The notes below the pieces were generated by a model. The model did no database searches, was not told the origin of the DNA, and was given only the letters and a program-made list of their open reading frames with translations. Positions 13,966 through 27,310 of a stretch of DNA of 64,000 nt are shown here, piece by piece (the stretch's first letter is position 1; the number at the start of each line of letters is the position of its first letter). Origin of the DNA: Octopus bimaculoides (Eukaryota); the NCBI RefSeq assembly GCF_001194135.2, contig NC_068986.1, forward strand, positions 38,984,524 through 39,048,523, in the 5' to 3' direction. A program made the position numbers and the translations under genes.

Positions 13966-15618
13966 CAAATGAATAACATTTTGTATGTTGTCTTTTTCGA
14001 TTATTATTTTAGACATTAAACAGCAATTCTCATAACCATGCTATGAAACTAAATGGTTTCTCTTTATGAAATAATTGCAAAAATGATTCAGCTCAATAAG
14101 TATTTATTGCATGACTAACCTCAAAAGTCATCACGTGCATGCATGCGTGCGTGCGTGCGTGCGTGCGTGTGTGTGTGTCTATATTTTCTACCCACTATTC
14201 TTGAGGGGGTCAAGGTGGTAGAATCCTCAGGCAATTGCTCCATAGGGTCCTATCAGAATCAACTGTCATATTTTCTGGCTGGGTCCCCAAGCATGACCAA
14301 CTAAGACTAAGGATATTATCCAACCATCTCATTCTTATCTACTCTTAGCTCTCCTGCTGGTTGGCTTGGTTTGAAGAATCTGTCTTATTATTCTCTATGA
14401 TGTTTTAATCACATGTCTGTAGCAACAGAACTCTGATCTCTCAACGTGCAGAAGTTATGGCTTGACCTGGAGTGGCTTCCTCATCTCCAAGCTCTATGTT
14501 CTGTTGAGCAATGTTACTCCACAGATCCTTCAGGATCTGTTCTGACTTTAGAATGGCAATCCCGCCTTCCATTTATCCTTGTCTCTCCATTAGTTTACTA
14601 TGGTACATTTCTTCACCTTATTAACTAGCAGTAATTTTAATCTCAATGAATAGCTATCACTTCATTTTCCTTTATCTTCCTGTGCATTTTTTGCAAACTC
14701 ATTGCCAAACAACTGTGTGTGCATGCGTGTGTGTGTTAGACTATCACCAAGTTATAAGCCCCACCACCAGTTTCCCTTTGTCCAGCCAATTGTATATTTT
14801 CTTCCATTTATCATTACAGTGACTAGTTTTCCTTATCTGGGTTTTACTTGTCTGAGCAATAATCTGCACAATCGGGAAATACCAAAATAACAGACTACTG
14901 GATCAAACACACACTGCAGTGACATTGAATGTTTTGTCTCCCATTTGTTAATACTAATGCATACATGTGTGCATTCAAGTATATATAAACAGGATATAAA
15001 TTTTGTGTATGTAAACAAAATATTCCCACACCAATCCTCAGCCTGTCTTTTCTATTTATATTCCTAGTGCATAGTGAATTGTGTCAAAAAATTGTCATTC
15101 TCTCACATCTTGATTATTTGTTGAGATTGCTGGTCTTTATGTTTAAAGCCCGAGATTAACAGAGAATCTAAAACCAAGTTCTAATTGTTTATTGATTGAA
15201 TAATTCCCCAAATTTACATATTGTGCTTTAGTTATATGAGTGTAAAATATTTTCAATTTATGCTCTGTAAAGTCAGAGGTGGTAGAAAGGGTATCAAGAT
15301 GTAAAAACCAGGATAAAATAGGAAATACTAGAGATGTGAGCTTTGCAAACTGCATAATGCCTTCTGCCTTTGGAGATATGTGGAATGAGAATAGAGAAAA
15401 AAAAAACAAGGGTTAGCAACAGAAAGCATCTGGCTATAAAACGATGCCTCAATAATACATTTATTTACCAAAATGAATGTAAAACAAATGAGTGAATACA
15501 GAAGTCACACACAATGTTTAATAAATATTTGATCATGGAGTGAAAATAGACTTCAAGAGTAATCCACATATGTTTACCAACCAAAGGAGAGGATTGACCT
15601 GATTGGTTTTGTCTTTCA

Positions 15619-15844
15619 TTATCTCTTTAGCATTCAGATTACCAAATGTAATGTATGTTTATTCACTTTGTTTTGAATTAATCATGCATTATCTTGTAGC
15701 TTCAAAACTCCAGTGAAGCAATTGTTTATTTTTAGAATAGCATTGTAAGGTAGGTGTGAGAGGCCAGCTATGACCAGACTGAACATTAAAAATAGGTAGA
15801 ATATTTAGGATGGATATGGCCAATTTAAATGCTGAAGGGTTTAA
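15619..15844. mobile_element. TTAA-flanked (piggyBac-like) MITE
   Basis: Ends resemble ttaaccctttagcatt...aatgctaaagggttaa. Related copies at about 31562-31783 and 56364-56576. Confidence 0.6.
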
Positions 15845-17002
15845 CTCATTGGGCATTGCTTACCCTGGCCTTCTAGCTGCCAAAACTTAGCTTCTTGTAG
15901 AAACTGTAAACAAGTAACAGCCAGGAATTAAAATCTACAACATCATTTAACGTGTCTTCTATGCTGGCATGGGTTGGACAGTTTGACAGGAGATGGCCAG
16001 GTAGAAGACTACACTATGCTACTGTGTCCGTTTTGGCATAGTTTTTACAGCTGGATGCCTTCTAAATGCCAACAACTTCACTGTGGACTATGTTTTTATG
16101 TGGCACCAGCACCAGCAGGGTCACCAAGACAAAGAATTTTGAGAGGGGATAGGTCATTCACATTATATATATATATATATATACATACATACATATATAT
16201 ATATACATACACACACATACATACATACACATGTATTTGTTATTTTCATTTATAATTAACAGTACTTTGTGCAATACCACAAAACATTGTACTTAAACAT
16301 TTAATTCTTCATTATGTTCATGGATAGAAATGAAAATACACTATCAACCTTGCTTAACAACTGCTCTGGTGACATGGAAGCAATGCTAGAAATGTCAAAA
16401 ATATCTATATACTCCAAGACTTAACTGCCACATATAACTGAGTAAATAATGTCCTTATATTACCCAAAATTACTTGTTCTTCATTATAAATAGAAAACAC
16501 TCGACATGTTTTCCTGTCTAAATCAAAGAAGAAATTCAAAATACCAAGTCTATTTTTGACCTGAGTGTAGATATATCTGCAGATGAAACTTTCTCCAAAC
16601 TCACCTATAACATTAGGCCTCTAGAAAACACTTCACCTAAGTAGGTTACATTACTGCTCTTAACTTGTCTCCTAGTAGCTCAGGTCTCATCTAGCAAATT
16701 TGTAAAAATATTTCACAAGGTAAATATCACAAATTACTAGGAATGCCAGCTATTCTGTTGCTATCTGGAAGACTAATCTGACCCTTAAGCTAGTTTCTCA
16801 TTAAACCTTTCAGGAAAGTAACACGAGAAACTCACATTAACGGACGATACTGTCACTACCCCTCAGTGTTTAAAAAGGTCTTCTGCAGAAGAATTTTCAA
16901 TCTGTTATCCAGCCTAAAGATCTTCAAGGACTTCCCTCTGATAGTGATGTCCTTGAAGCCAATGGGTTCAAAATAAAGGTCACAACTGCAGCCAGGGTAC
17001 CA

Positions 17003-17034
<32 letters not shown>

Positions 17035-17546
17035 GTGCAGCTTTGCCTAATAAGTGAAGTGATGTATAATCTGACATCATCAAACCAGCTATCTTGCTAT
17101 GTGGTAATAGTCATGGTTGAAAGGTCAAACTTTAAGAATGTTGACTAAATTGATGCTTGTCTGCTCTACCACATGGTGCACATAATGAAAGAATTATTAC
17201 TGTCATTACTAAAGTATCCGGATGGCTTGGATTAATGGCTATCTAATAATACTGTGTGGAAACATAGAAATACATTCTGTAAATCCAATACCAGCAGCAC
17301 CCTTGTTACAGGTATAAACACTGGCTGTTCATTCACACTTCTGGTCCTATTCATTGGTATGTGTGAAGTTTCACATGTTTGCTCTCTGTGGATTCAATGT
17401 AGCGCAACAACTGCAGCTACTGCTCAAGATTGTGTGCCCACTTTGAGATATTTAGCTCAGATTTAAATACCTTCCTCTAAGAAAGCCCTAGCTAAACGTC
17501 CAGTAGTACTTTCAGTGATCTTCCAACACACACACACACACGCACG

Positions 17547-17582
<36 letters not shown>

Positions 17583-17797
17583 AGAATATACAAAAAATAA
17601 CAGACGAGGACAGGTGGTGTAAATAACAAAAGTATATATATATATATTAGGTACAGACATGGGACTGTGTGGTAAGAAGTTTGCTTCCCAACTACATGAT
17701 TCTGAATTCAGCTAAAAGTTAACCAAAGCTCTGTCAGTAGACTTGGTAGACTGTGTATGAAAGTGAGAGAGAGAGTGTGTATGTGTGTGAGTATATA

Positions 17798-19102
17798 CAG
17801 GGTGTTCCAGAAGTCTTGGGCACATTTCAAATCCTCATTTCTGCTGGACTATGATTCGTAGTAAGATGAAACTGGTACCATTTTAAAGCTAAATTCATTA
17901 AGTTTTTTTTACATATTTCTTCAGATCCAGTAATGGCGTTCACTCAACAAGAAAAGGCATTTTGCGACCTTGAATTTGCAAAAACTGAATCATGGACACT
18001 TGTTCAACATGCATTACGCACAAAATTCTGAAAAGAGGCACCAGAAAGGAAGTCCATATTGAGATGGCATGGTAAATTCATGAAGGATGGGTGTTTGTGC
18101 CCAGCTAAGAGAACGGGACGCCCCTCAACTTCAGATGATACAGTTGAGCAAGTTTGAATTGCCTTCAAGCAGATTCCCCATAAATCGATCAGAAGAGCCA
18201 GTAGGAAGCTTCAGCTTCCTACAACTGTTTGGCATATCTTAAAAAGACAACTGCAGATGACACCTTACAAGCTACAGTTAGTCCAACAGTTGCAGGACAC
18301 TGATAAACCAGCTCATTGTGGCTTTTGCATTGCAATGCAAGTTGGAAGATGACGGATTTGATGACCAGCTTGTTTTTAGCAATGAGGCGACCTTCCACGT
18401 AAATGGCAAAGTTAACAAGCATAACACTCAGATATGGGGTACTGAAAACCCACATGAACTTCTTGAGCATCAGCGAGATTCCCCAAAGGTGAACGTGTTT
18501 TGTACCATGTCCAAGAAAGCTGTCTACAGATCATTCTTCTTCAAAGGAGCAACAGTCAATGGTGACACATACCTCGACATGCTGGAAAACTGGTTAATGG
18601 ATAAGTTAGAGTGAGGAAGAGTCTGATGACTTCATTTTCCAACAGGATGGGCACCACCGCACTGGAGCCTCAGGGTTAGACAGTATCTGAACACAACACT
18701 GCCAGACAGATCGATTGGATGGTCTGGGCGAGATGATCGCATTCTCATGCCCTGGCCTCCCAGGTCTCCAGATCTCACACCCTGCGATTTCTTTTTGTGG
18801 GGGTTTGTGAAAGGACTGGTCTATGTGCCTACCCTTCCAAAAGACGTGGATGAACTGAAGGCCCGAATAACAAAAGCTGTTGCAACCATCAACAACGCAA
18901 TGCTGGAACACGTTTGGCAAGAATTGGACTATCGGCTTGATGTGTGCCATGTGACCAACGGTGCTCACATTGAACATCTTTGAACACTCGATAAAAAAAC
19001 TTGAAATTGTAGGTTTTCAGAATATATCTGATGCGCTTTTATGTCCTTGATGGTTTTCGAGATATTTAATGTCAAAATGTGCCCAAGACTTCTGGAACAC
19101 CC

Positions 19103-19104
<2 letters not shown>
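17798..19104 (+). mobile_element. Tc1/mariner rosa-like transposon with perfect 30-bp TIRs and TA target duplication
   Basis: TIR CAGGGTGTTCCAGAAGTCTTGGGCACATTT at 17798-17827 and its reverse complement at 19075-19104, with TA on both sides. Transposase pieces FSNEATFH, WGTENPH, FQQDG, WPPRSPDLTPCDFFLWGFVK. Confidence 0.95.
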
Positions 19105-19166
<62 letters not shown>

Positions 19167-20737
19167 CATACATATACACACACAATTTGTGTTTATGCAT
19201 GCATGTGTATTTGTGTCTGGAGTTTTGACACTGCATGATAGTTGTAAATGAGTGTCATTGTCATACAATCTGTCGTTCATTTCCAGTATTCAGCAAGATG
19301 TTTGGCCATGGGAAAATATTAACTAATCTTGGAAACAGGTGACAGTTGGCAACAAGAAACTGTTGAAGTCATCTACAAAACTGAGGTCACCTTTATTCAG
19401 TCAAATAGGGAACAAAAAAAAAATATATATATTGGACCGTGCAAAAGTAACTTAAGAGACACCAGCCACTAGTCTTCTTTCCAACACGTAGACAAGAAAA
19501 GTACAAAACTAGAGGCCAGAAATTTTAAGTTGCAGGCATCTCAACAAGTTAATGTATTTGAACTGGAAGACACTGCATCCCTTTTTGGATTAGACAATAT
19601 GTATAATCCATATACATATACAAAATGGGCAATAAGTATAGGTGTTGTTATGTGGTTGAAAACCTTGCTTCCCAACAATGTGGCCTTGGGTTCAGTACCA
19701 TTACACAGCATCTTGGGCATGTCTCTACTATAGCCATGGGCTGATCAAAGTGCTATGATTTAGTTTGAAGGCAACTGAAAGAAGTCCGTGTGTGTGTACC
19801 CTTGCCTTGACATGTGATAATTGTAAATGAGCATCACTGTCATGGAAGTGATGCTATTCATTTCCCATCTTCCACAGAGAAATATTACCTTGCTTTGAAA
19901 CAAGAGAGGGTTGGCATCTGGTCATAAAAAAATTGCCTCAGCAGATTCTGCTTGACCCCTGCAAGAATGGAAAAGTGAAGATTAAATGATGATGGGCCTG
20001 ATGGAGACATAATCCATTTCTACTTCTATTTAATCCCAAGATTAAAAAAGGACACTCAAGACAGATGAGTTGACTAGCCAAAACTAAATACATTAACTCT
20101 TCACAACTGAATATCCAACATTTTCTATACATACATACCATATAAATATATAAATAAATATATATATATATATAAATATATAAATAAANNNNNNNNNNNN
20201 NNNNNNNNNNNNNNNNNNNNNNNNNNNNNNNNNNNNNNNNNNNNNNNNNNNNNNNNNNNNNNNNNNNNNNNNNNNNNNNNNNNNNNNNTAAATATATAAA
20301 TATAAATATATATATATATAAATATATAAATATATATAAATATACATACACACACACACAAATTTATTTTGTGGTATAAAACCAGAAAAGTACACAATAC
20401 ACCTTAGGGCTAAAAGTGTACCAAGTGTGGAATAAATCATATACAGGAAGACAATTATAAAATTTCACTTCTGTATATGACAAATTTTGTTTTTCAATAT
20501 CTGCTGAAATATAACAAAACTACATAAACACTCATGTCAAGAAATGCATTTTAGTGCTGCCACCACATCTAGAAAAGTACATATTTAAAATTTTGAAGAG
20601 CTATTTGTGTAAATAAGTTTTTGTTTAATAATTATATATAGGAAACCCCGAGTCATGAAAGCATGAATGGAAGCCTGATGGTTTCCATGTTACATAAATT
20701 TTGCAAACAATATATTTTTTTTTCTCAGTTGCAACCC

Positions 20738-20780
20738 CTATCCTTTTAATACACAATCTATCCTTTTAATACACAATCTA
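20738..20780. repeat. 20-bp tandem duplication
   Basis: ctatccttttaatacacaat twice, plus cta. Confidence 0.9.
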
Positions 20781-22129
20781 ATTGAACCAATAGTTTTAAA
20801 ATATTTCATTTTACCACTTTATTGATTTAAAATGATAGTCAACTCTAGTAAGCCAATTTATTATGCTGTGTTCAAGCTGGCTAGCTAATCATTGTACAAT
20901 ATAGACTTTGGATAGGCTACTTTAGTCCTCATTGCTTCAACATAAAAATTAAAACACATCACCCATAAATTTTAGATAAGATACTGAATTTGTTAGTTGA
21001 AGCTCATCTGGGAGAGACTATTATGGAATCTGCAGTCGGGGATTCAAATGTATGGTATTTATATGAAGTTGGAAAGATAAAATCAAGTTCAAACAGCAAT
21101 AAAAAAAATAAATGGTTATTTTATTTGAGCTATATTTAAGTCATAATGAATCATTAACTATTCTAACCAGTGAATGAAAAATGGATTCTATATTAATAAG
21201 CTTTAAACATACAGCTTAGTGTCAAGACAAGCGTAAAACTACCATTCATACAAACTTTCCAACAAAAGTTACAAGTATTGTGTAAAGAGCAGTGGAAAAT
21301 TGACCCATATGGATTTTTAATCCTTTTTTGGAGAAAAAATTTAAACAGAAAAGCACTGTTCAAAATCAAACAATGAGAAGTTCAAGAAAAAAAAGTTGCT
21401 TTTGGTCAATAGTCTATCATGACATGAAAGACAACAAGTTTTCTAAATTTAGATTTCTTCACCCATCATATACCCTGACATCTTGATCGTTTAGTACAGA
21501 TAAAGCTCCATCTACCACTATATCCCAAGAATCCAGTGAATTGTTTTTTTACTGTAGATATGTGACAGCTTAATTTTGCTCTGCATAACACCGAACAATT
21601 AGAATAGCTAATGCAGAGTAAAGATCACATAATTTTATAAAAGACATTAGCATTCAGAACAGAATGCCATAAAAGGAAACTATTGGAAATAGAATAAATA
21701 GGATTTAAAGAGAGGACCAGAACCCGCCCAATTCAGTTAATGGATCCATTATGTTCCTCAATGGGATTTAACAAAAATAAAAACTAAGGTAGGATTCAAT
21801 TTGGTGTCTGAGTTGATTCTAGCAACATCCATACAAGACAATTGAAGTTCTCTCATATCGAATATATCTATTGCAAACTTAAATATATTGTTCCATATTG
21901 GATTTTTTAAACCAGTCAGATTAACGTGACTTGTTCACGTTTACTATTAAAACCCGAGTGAAAGTTGCAACTAAGAAAAGTAGTTATGTACTAGCAGATC
22001 ATAAACTAAAATGATATAGGGGAAATACCAAGACAACAGCCATAATCTAAAATAGGAAGCAATTACTAATTACAATAAATTTCATGCGATTCACTGGAGA
22101 TTATGATACAATTAAAAGCAATAACTTAC

Positions 22130-22182
22130 CCACTGTCTCCAAGAATGATAACTTTAAGCAGCACCTTCTTTCTGGATGCCAT
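22130..22182 (-). CDS. Rab7: Rab7 small GTPase, first coding exon (MASRKKVLLKVIILGDSG, 53 nt, phase-2 donor)
   Basis: Minus strand reads ATG GCA TCC AGA AAG AAG GTG CTG CTT AAA GTT ATC ATT CTT GGA GAC AGT GG then donor gtaagt. Upstream acceptor tttttttttacag puts the exon's 5' edge at 22207. The peptide matches the known Rab7 N-terminus and P-loop start. Confidence 0.97.
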
Positions 22183-23214
22183 TATTTTACAAGTTGTACT
22201 AACTTCGCTGTAAAAAAAAAAACATTGTAACTAAATCAAAAAAAAAAGCATGAAAATAAAACATCTTTAAATATATACTGACATTTTATATTGATCTCAA
22301 TAGGCTAATTATCAACCAACCTGTTTAGGCTGCTTTGAAATATAAAAATATATAAGGAAGGTACATAAACAAAAAGTGTTGTTTTCTCTTTACTGTGTAA
22401 AAAGCAAGCTTATTGATAACGTTTTTAGATGAAAACCAAACTCAAATTTTTCAAAGTGATTTAAATAAAATTGAAAGACACATACATTGATTGACGCCCA
22501 CCAAAGTTTTGACTAGCACTTTTGACTAATAGAGCAAACACAAAATGTTATCGGTCAGTTACTAATTTACGATTTCAAGGTGTAAAGTACATCAGTATTC
22601 TCACAAAATCATGGCTTCACGAGATCATCAATAGATAAGAAAAGCACATTTATCCTTAGCAGGGAATTAAAAGAAAACAGCTTGTGATACTCCAATTTCA
22701 TTTAATCTTCAAAGAGGACATTATTTTATAGTATAATCTTAACTACCAGAAAGTAAAAGCACATTAATAATTTTCAGTGGATATATTTCTCAATATTTTC
22801 CACAAAGCTGTTACAAAATAGCATTAAAATCGTATAAACTATCTTTAAAACAATGTGTTAATCACCTAAAGAGTAAATTGAGGGTGTATAATAAATACAT
22901 GCTTGTAATAAGTAGCTGAAAATGAAATCTTGAATTAACATATCTTAATACGCACTGATAAGAAATGAATGGCTGCTAGAGCCAGCGAAATATTTTCCAA
23001 TAAATTTAAATGTGTAGGAGAAATGGATATAAAACCCATACAAATGATAATAAAAAAAATCAACTTTTTTAAAACTATAACTTAATTGCAATGCACTATA
23101 AACAATTGATTTTAAATTTGGTCTGAAACATTAATATACAGAATAACATTACAAGTGATCACAAAAAGATCTTGCAATACAATGTTATAAACATGAATCG
23201 GTAAGGTGTGTGTA

Positions 23215-23254
<40 letters not shown>

Positions 23255-24533
23255 GACATACAAAATTAACAAGTGATGATGTATCCTAAGGAGTTGAATT
23301 TTTTAACATNNNNNNNNNNNNNNNNNNNNNNNNNNNNNNNNNNNNNNNNNNNNNNNNNNNNNNNNNNNNNNNNNNNNNNNNNNNNNNNNNNNNNNNNNNN
23401 NNNNNNNNNNNNNNNNNNNNNNNNNNNNNNNNNNNNNNNNNNNNNNNNNNNNNNNNNNNNNNNNNNNNNNNNNNNNNNNNNNNNNNNNNNNNNNNNNNNN
23501 NNNNNNNNNNNNNNNNNNNNNNNNNNNNNNNNNNNNNNNNNNNNNNNNNNNNNNNNNNNNNNNNNNNNNNNNNNNNNNNNNNNNNNNNNNNNNNNNNNNN
23601 NNNNNNNNNNNNNNNNNNNNNNNNNNNNNNNNNNNNNNNNNNNNNNNNNNNNNNNNNNNNNNNNNNNNNNNNNNNNNNNNNNNNNNNNNNNNNNNNNNNN
23701 NNNNNNNNNNNNNNNNNNNNNNNNNNNNNNNNNNCATTTAGGAAAATCTGTCTGCTTGGTTTTATTTATGCATACTAATATTTACCAAAAAGTAATTTTT
23801 CGATTTAGATCGAGCAATCAAATTCTAATACATCAGCTTATTAAAATTGCTTATAATAATATTACTTGACAGTATGGAGGAAAAAACAGCACATATTTCC
23901 AGCCAAACAGGCCTACAGGATTAAACACAAACTCGTAAAGAGAAGGAGGCTATTTATTGGTAGTTATACTATGGAGCTTTAAATAGATTTTTCTCTCGAC
24001 CACAAGATTAATTTTTACATCTTTTTGAAATATCGATTGTAATAAAGAAAGCATAGGGAAAAAAAATTTGTTTTGATGAAATTTAACAAAAATGTCAGCC
24101 AAAACCTTAAGCTATATTTCAAAGTCAAGAGCACAGACCAAAATACCATTACTCACAAATTCAAGTTACATAAATATCCTCCTAGTTTCTGATAAGCAGT
24201 GTAAGAAAATCTGTCGTAATTATTATCTTTATTCAACTTCAACAATAAGAGCGCTCCTAAATATTTGAAGATTTTGACAAAATGCGCAGGTTTTCATCAA
24301 CGTCGTTTTAGGTGTCTGTTCTCGTATTAAGTAGCAGGTGCCCGAGGAACAATTTGAACTAAGCAGGAAGGAGAATGTTTATTTCATTTGTCCTGACACC
24401 ACAAGAGAAACACAATTCATTATAAAATACACCCACCCAAATCATGACACAATTTTAAATAATTTCCACTCTCACAAGAGAATTGACAAAACATATACGT
24501 TGTTATTAATGTACCTTACATAAAAATAGTTCC

Positions 24534-24568
<35 letters not shown>

Positions 24569-25219
24569 CATACACACTACGTGTTATATCATACAAGAAA
24601 GCATCGAGAAAAAGAAACGTCATATTTTTAATCACAAACTTTTTACCTATATCTGCGAAAATGCTGCAGATATATAAAAATGAATAGTTACAACATTAGT
24701 CATGATGCAACCAACAATGATTTTCCCCCTTTTTCTCTTTAAAAATGTTACCTAAAGTACAAACAACTGGCATATATATATATATATAACAAATGCGTTT
24801 TACTCCATTTACTAAATTTATATATTTACTCAATTACCCAAAATAACAAGGAGTTTCTACCTCATAAACAGGAGTTACACCACAGTCATTTTTATGATCT
24901 TTGCTACCCTGGTATCTATTAACCAATTTATTTTGTCCGAGTTAATTATTTACTAAGAGAAAATAAATACATATAATAAAATATATATATGTATGTATAA
25001 GTGTGTGTGTGTGTATCCACTTTATCATTTGCGAATAGTCTTATACATTACCGATATTACGAAGGAAAGGGAGGTGTGTACGCAACTGCAACAACTGGTG
25101 ATGGGCTTGGAATAACGTAGAAAAAAAGAATCTCCTTTTTACAGTACGTATAAGCACGGTGGAGAGAACATTCACAAACAGTAAGCTATCGCTATTAATA
25201 TATATACCAAGTGACTTAC

Positions 25220-25290
25220 CTAGAGAGATTGGTTTATTCCCAAGTACAGATGCAGCACCAAGTTAACCTACCAACACTACAAAATGGCGA
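25220..25290 (-). other. Rab7: Probable non-coding first (5' UTR) exon of Rab7
   Basis: Strong minus-strand donor CTAG|gtaagt at 25220/25219, in a CpG-retaining stretch next to promoter motifs. The TSS position is approximate. Confidence 0.65.
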
Positions 25291-25350
25291 TCCCGTGACA
25301 AAGTCTTGTGACGTCATTGTTGAAGAGCGTTGCCTCGAGGTGGCGCTACA
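25278..25350. promoter_or_regulatory. Putative Rab7 core promoter: YY1-like, CRE and CTCF-like motifs
   Basis: CAAAATGGCG at 25280-25289, palindromic TGACGTCA at 25309-25316, CCTCGAGGTGGCGC at 25333-25346. These are motif matches only. Confidence 0.55.
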
Positions 25351-26934
25351 TGCTCCTGTTCTCCAAGAATTTTAACTCGTCCCTCTTCTTCGTTATCGCT
25401 GATATCTTAGCCGTTTGTTAACATTTTATTACACAATAATTTAGCATAGAAATAGTAACACACAGACGCAAAAAAGAAAATATTTCTGTAACGTAAAAAT
25501 TAAATAAAAATCGTCAAAACAAAAATATGGTTGAACAGTTAACTCGAATCATATCTGTGCAAAGTAGTTCCATAGTGAATGAATTATGTTTAATTTAATT
25601 GAAACTATGTATCAATCAAGGAATGCAATAAGTAAATATTAATACAACTGTATTTTTTAAAAAAACGTTTAAATTGGAAAACGATTGGCTTTCGTTGAGG
25701 ATATCCGTATAGCTGACTTATTATTTATTCTTCTCACTAATGAAAATATAAAACATGATATATTTCTAATTTCATTTCAGAACATCCCGATTATCCGAGG
25801 CTTCAGTAATCCGAATTAGCATTTCACATTTTCCGAGTAAACGAATGAGAATCATTTAAAACTGTTTTATTTGTAATTTTTATTATTATTATCTGAATTG
25901 CTATATAATTTTAACAGTCGTTGGAAAGACTACTAGACAAACTATAGATGAGGTCATACCCGAAATATTGTTTGTTTTTAATACATTATTTATGCCTTGT
26001 ATTTTTGTCTATTATAATATATATTTACGCTACTGTGGACACACATTTCATAACTTGGCGTGTAAGGTTTGTAAGTTAAAGCTTCTTGTGTTTTGAGTCT
26101 AAATTTAATAAGCATGTAATAAAAAGAATGTATCAGATATATAATACTTTATTTAAATGAGGTACTTTCAATATTTACAAGAAATGTGGAAAACGTCTTG
26201 AATATGGAGAAACGGTTAGTGGCAGAGAGAAAAGTGAGGAAATGGCAACAACTTGTTTGATTTTATAATTTGTTGGTTGTGATGCCTGATTACAGTTGTA
26301 TGTTAACTGTTAGAAACTTGTCTACAAAGTCATTTTAATTAATTTCATTCATCAGTATCATAAAAATCAGAGGACGTTTCGAAACGTAAAACAGTCAACA
26401 TGTATTCGAAAGAAACACGTGAAAACGTGCGTTGCATGTTCACGTTTTTCGGCTAATGATTATTTGCTTCTATTTTAGAAAAACTTTTATGAATCCGGAC
26501 ATGGTATATTGTGTAATTTACTGCTCTACATATAAATGGCTTGTGTCGCCAAAAAATTTCACCATATTGCAATGTCCAATATATTTGAATGAATTAATAA
26601 TATTCTACCAAAATGCTTGTTGGCAGTTGGAGCTTTTCGGGAAGTTTTGTCAAAAACGCGATGCTTTACTCATACTGGCAAACTCGCTCTAGAACGTTGT
26701 ACTTTAAAGAAAAACGCATTTCTTTTGAAAAGCCGTTTAAATGCAGAATTCCATAGGGGCATTACGCGTCCCTATTCATTCCCGGTCATAACGGTACACA
26801 TTGCAAAACTTTCACTAGTTAAAAGATCACGAAGAAAGTTGAAATTCACATATCGCTTCTGTGGAAATACAGAGACCAATATATTCAGTTTTAGGTATAT
26901 ATAAGCTAGTTTTACATTTTGTACTTCGTACTTG

Positions 26935-27310
26935 GGTAGAGACGGACTATATGTAATCTGAACCTTTCCCCCCTTTATTTATTTTTTTTTTTTTTACGGA
27001 ATCCCACGTTTAAGGCTATGGAGATTCCGATTCTGAAAAAAAATTGTTTGAAAAATTTCAATTCCCCCCCCCCCACCAAGCAGGCTATTTACATGCTAGA
27101 AATAACAGCCAAATCTCACAAAACTAGTGTTAGGGTTAGGTTTACCCTGTGGATCTATATAAAAACCGGGGGTGGGGATCGAAATTTTGAAATTGAGATT
27201 TTTGAAAATTTTTTTTCAGAATCGGAATCTCCATAGCCTAAAACGTGGGATTCCGTTAAAAAAAAAAATGAGTGGGGAAAGGTTCAGATTACATATAGTC
27301 CATCTGGACC
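26935..27310. mobile_element. Foldback MITE with ~140-bp TIRs, GG termini and 8-bp TSD
   Basis: Arms share ggactatatgtaatctgaacctttcccc...acggaatcccacgtt...ggctatggagattccgattctgaaaaaaaatt. Flanks are cgtacttg (26927-26934) and catacttg (27311-27318). Confidence 0.85.

Noticed and set aside
16922-16958. 10-bp stem hairpin cttcaaggac/gtccttgaag followed by a long poly-A
   Set aside because: Isolated within decayed repeat-like DNA; no recognisable RNA family or TSD.
18606-18977. 123-aa minus-strand ORF
   Set aside because: Antisense shadow of the rosa-like transposase.
19938-23869. ORFs containing X runs or YIYI/THTH/VCVC repeats (also at 36659, 45104 and 59415)
   Set aside because: Artefacts of N gaps and microsatellites.
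26374-26387. 14-bp perfect palindrome acgtttcgaaacgt
   Set aside because: A single short palindrome with no supporting structure; plausible by chance in 64 kb.
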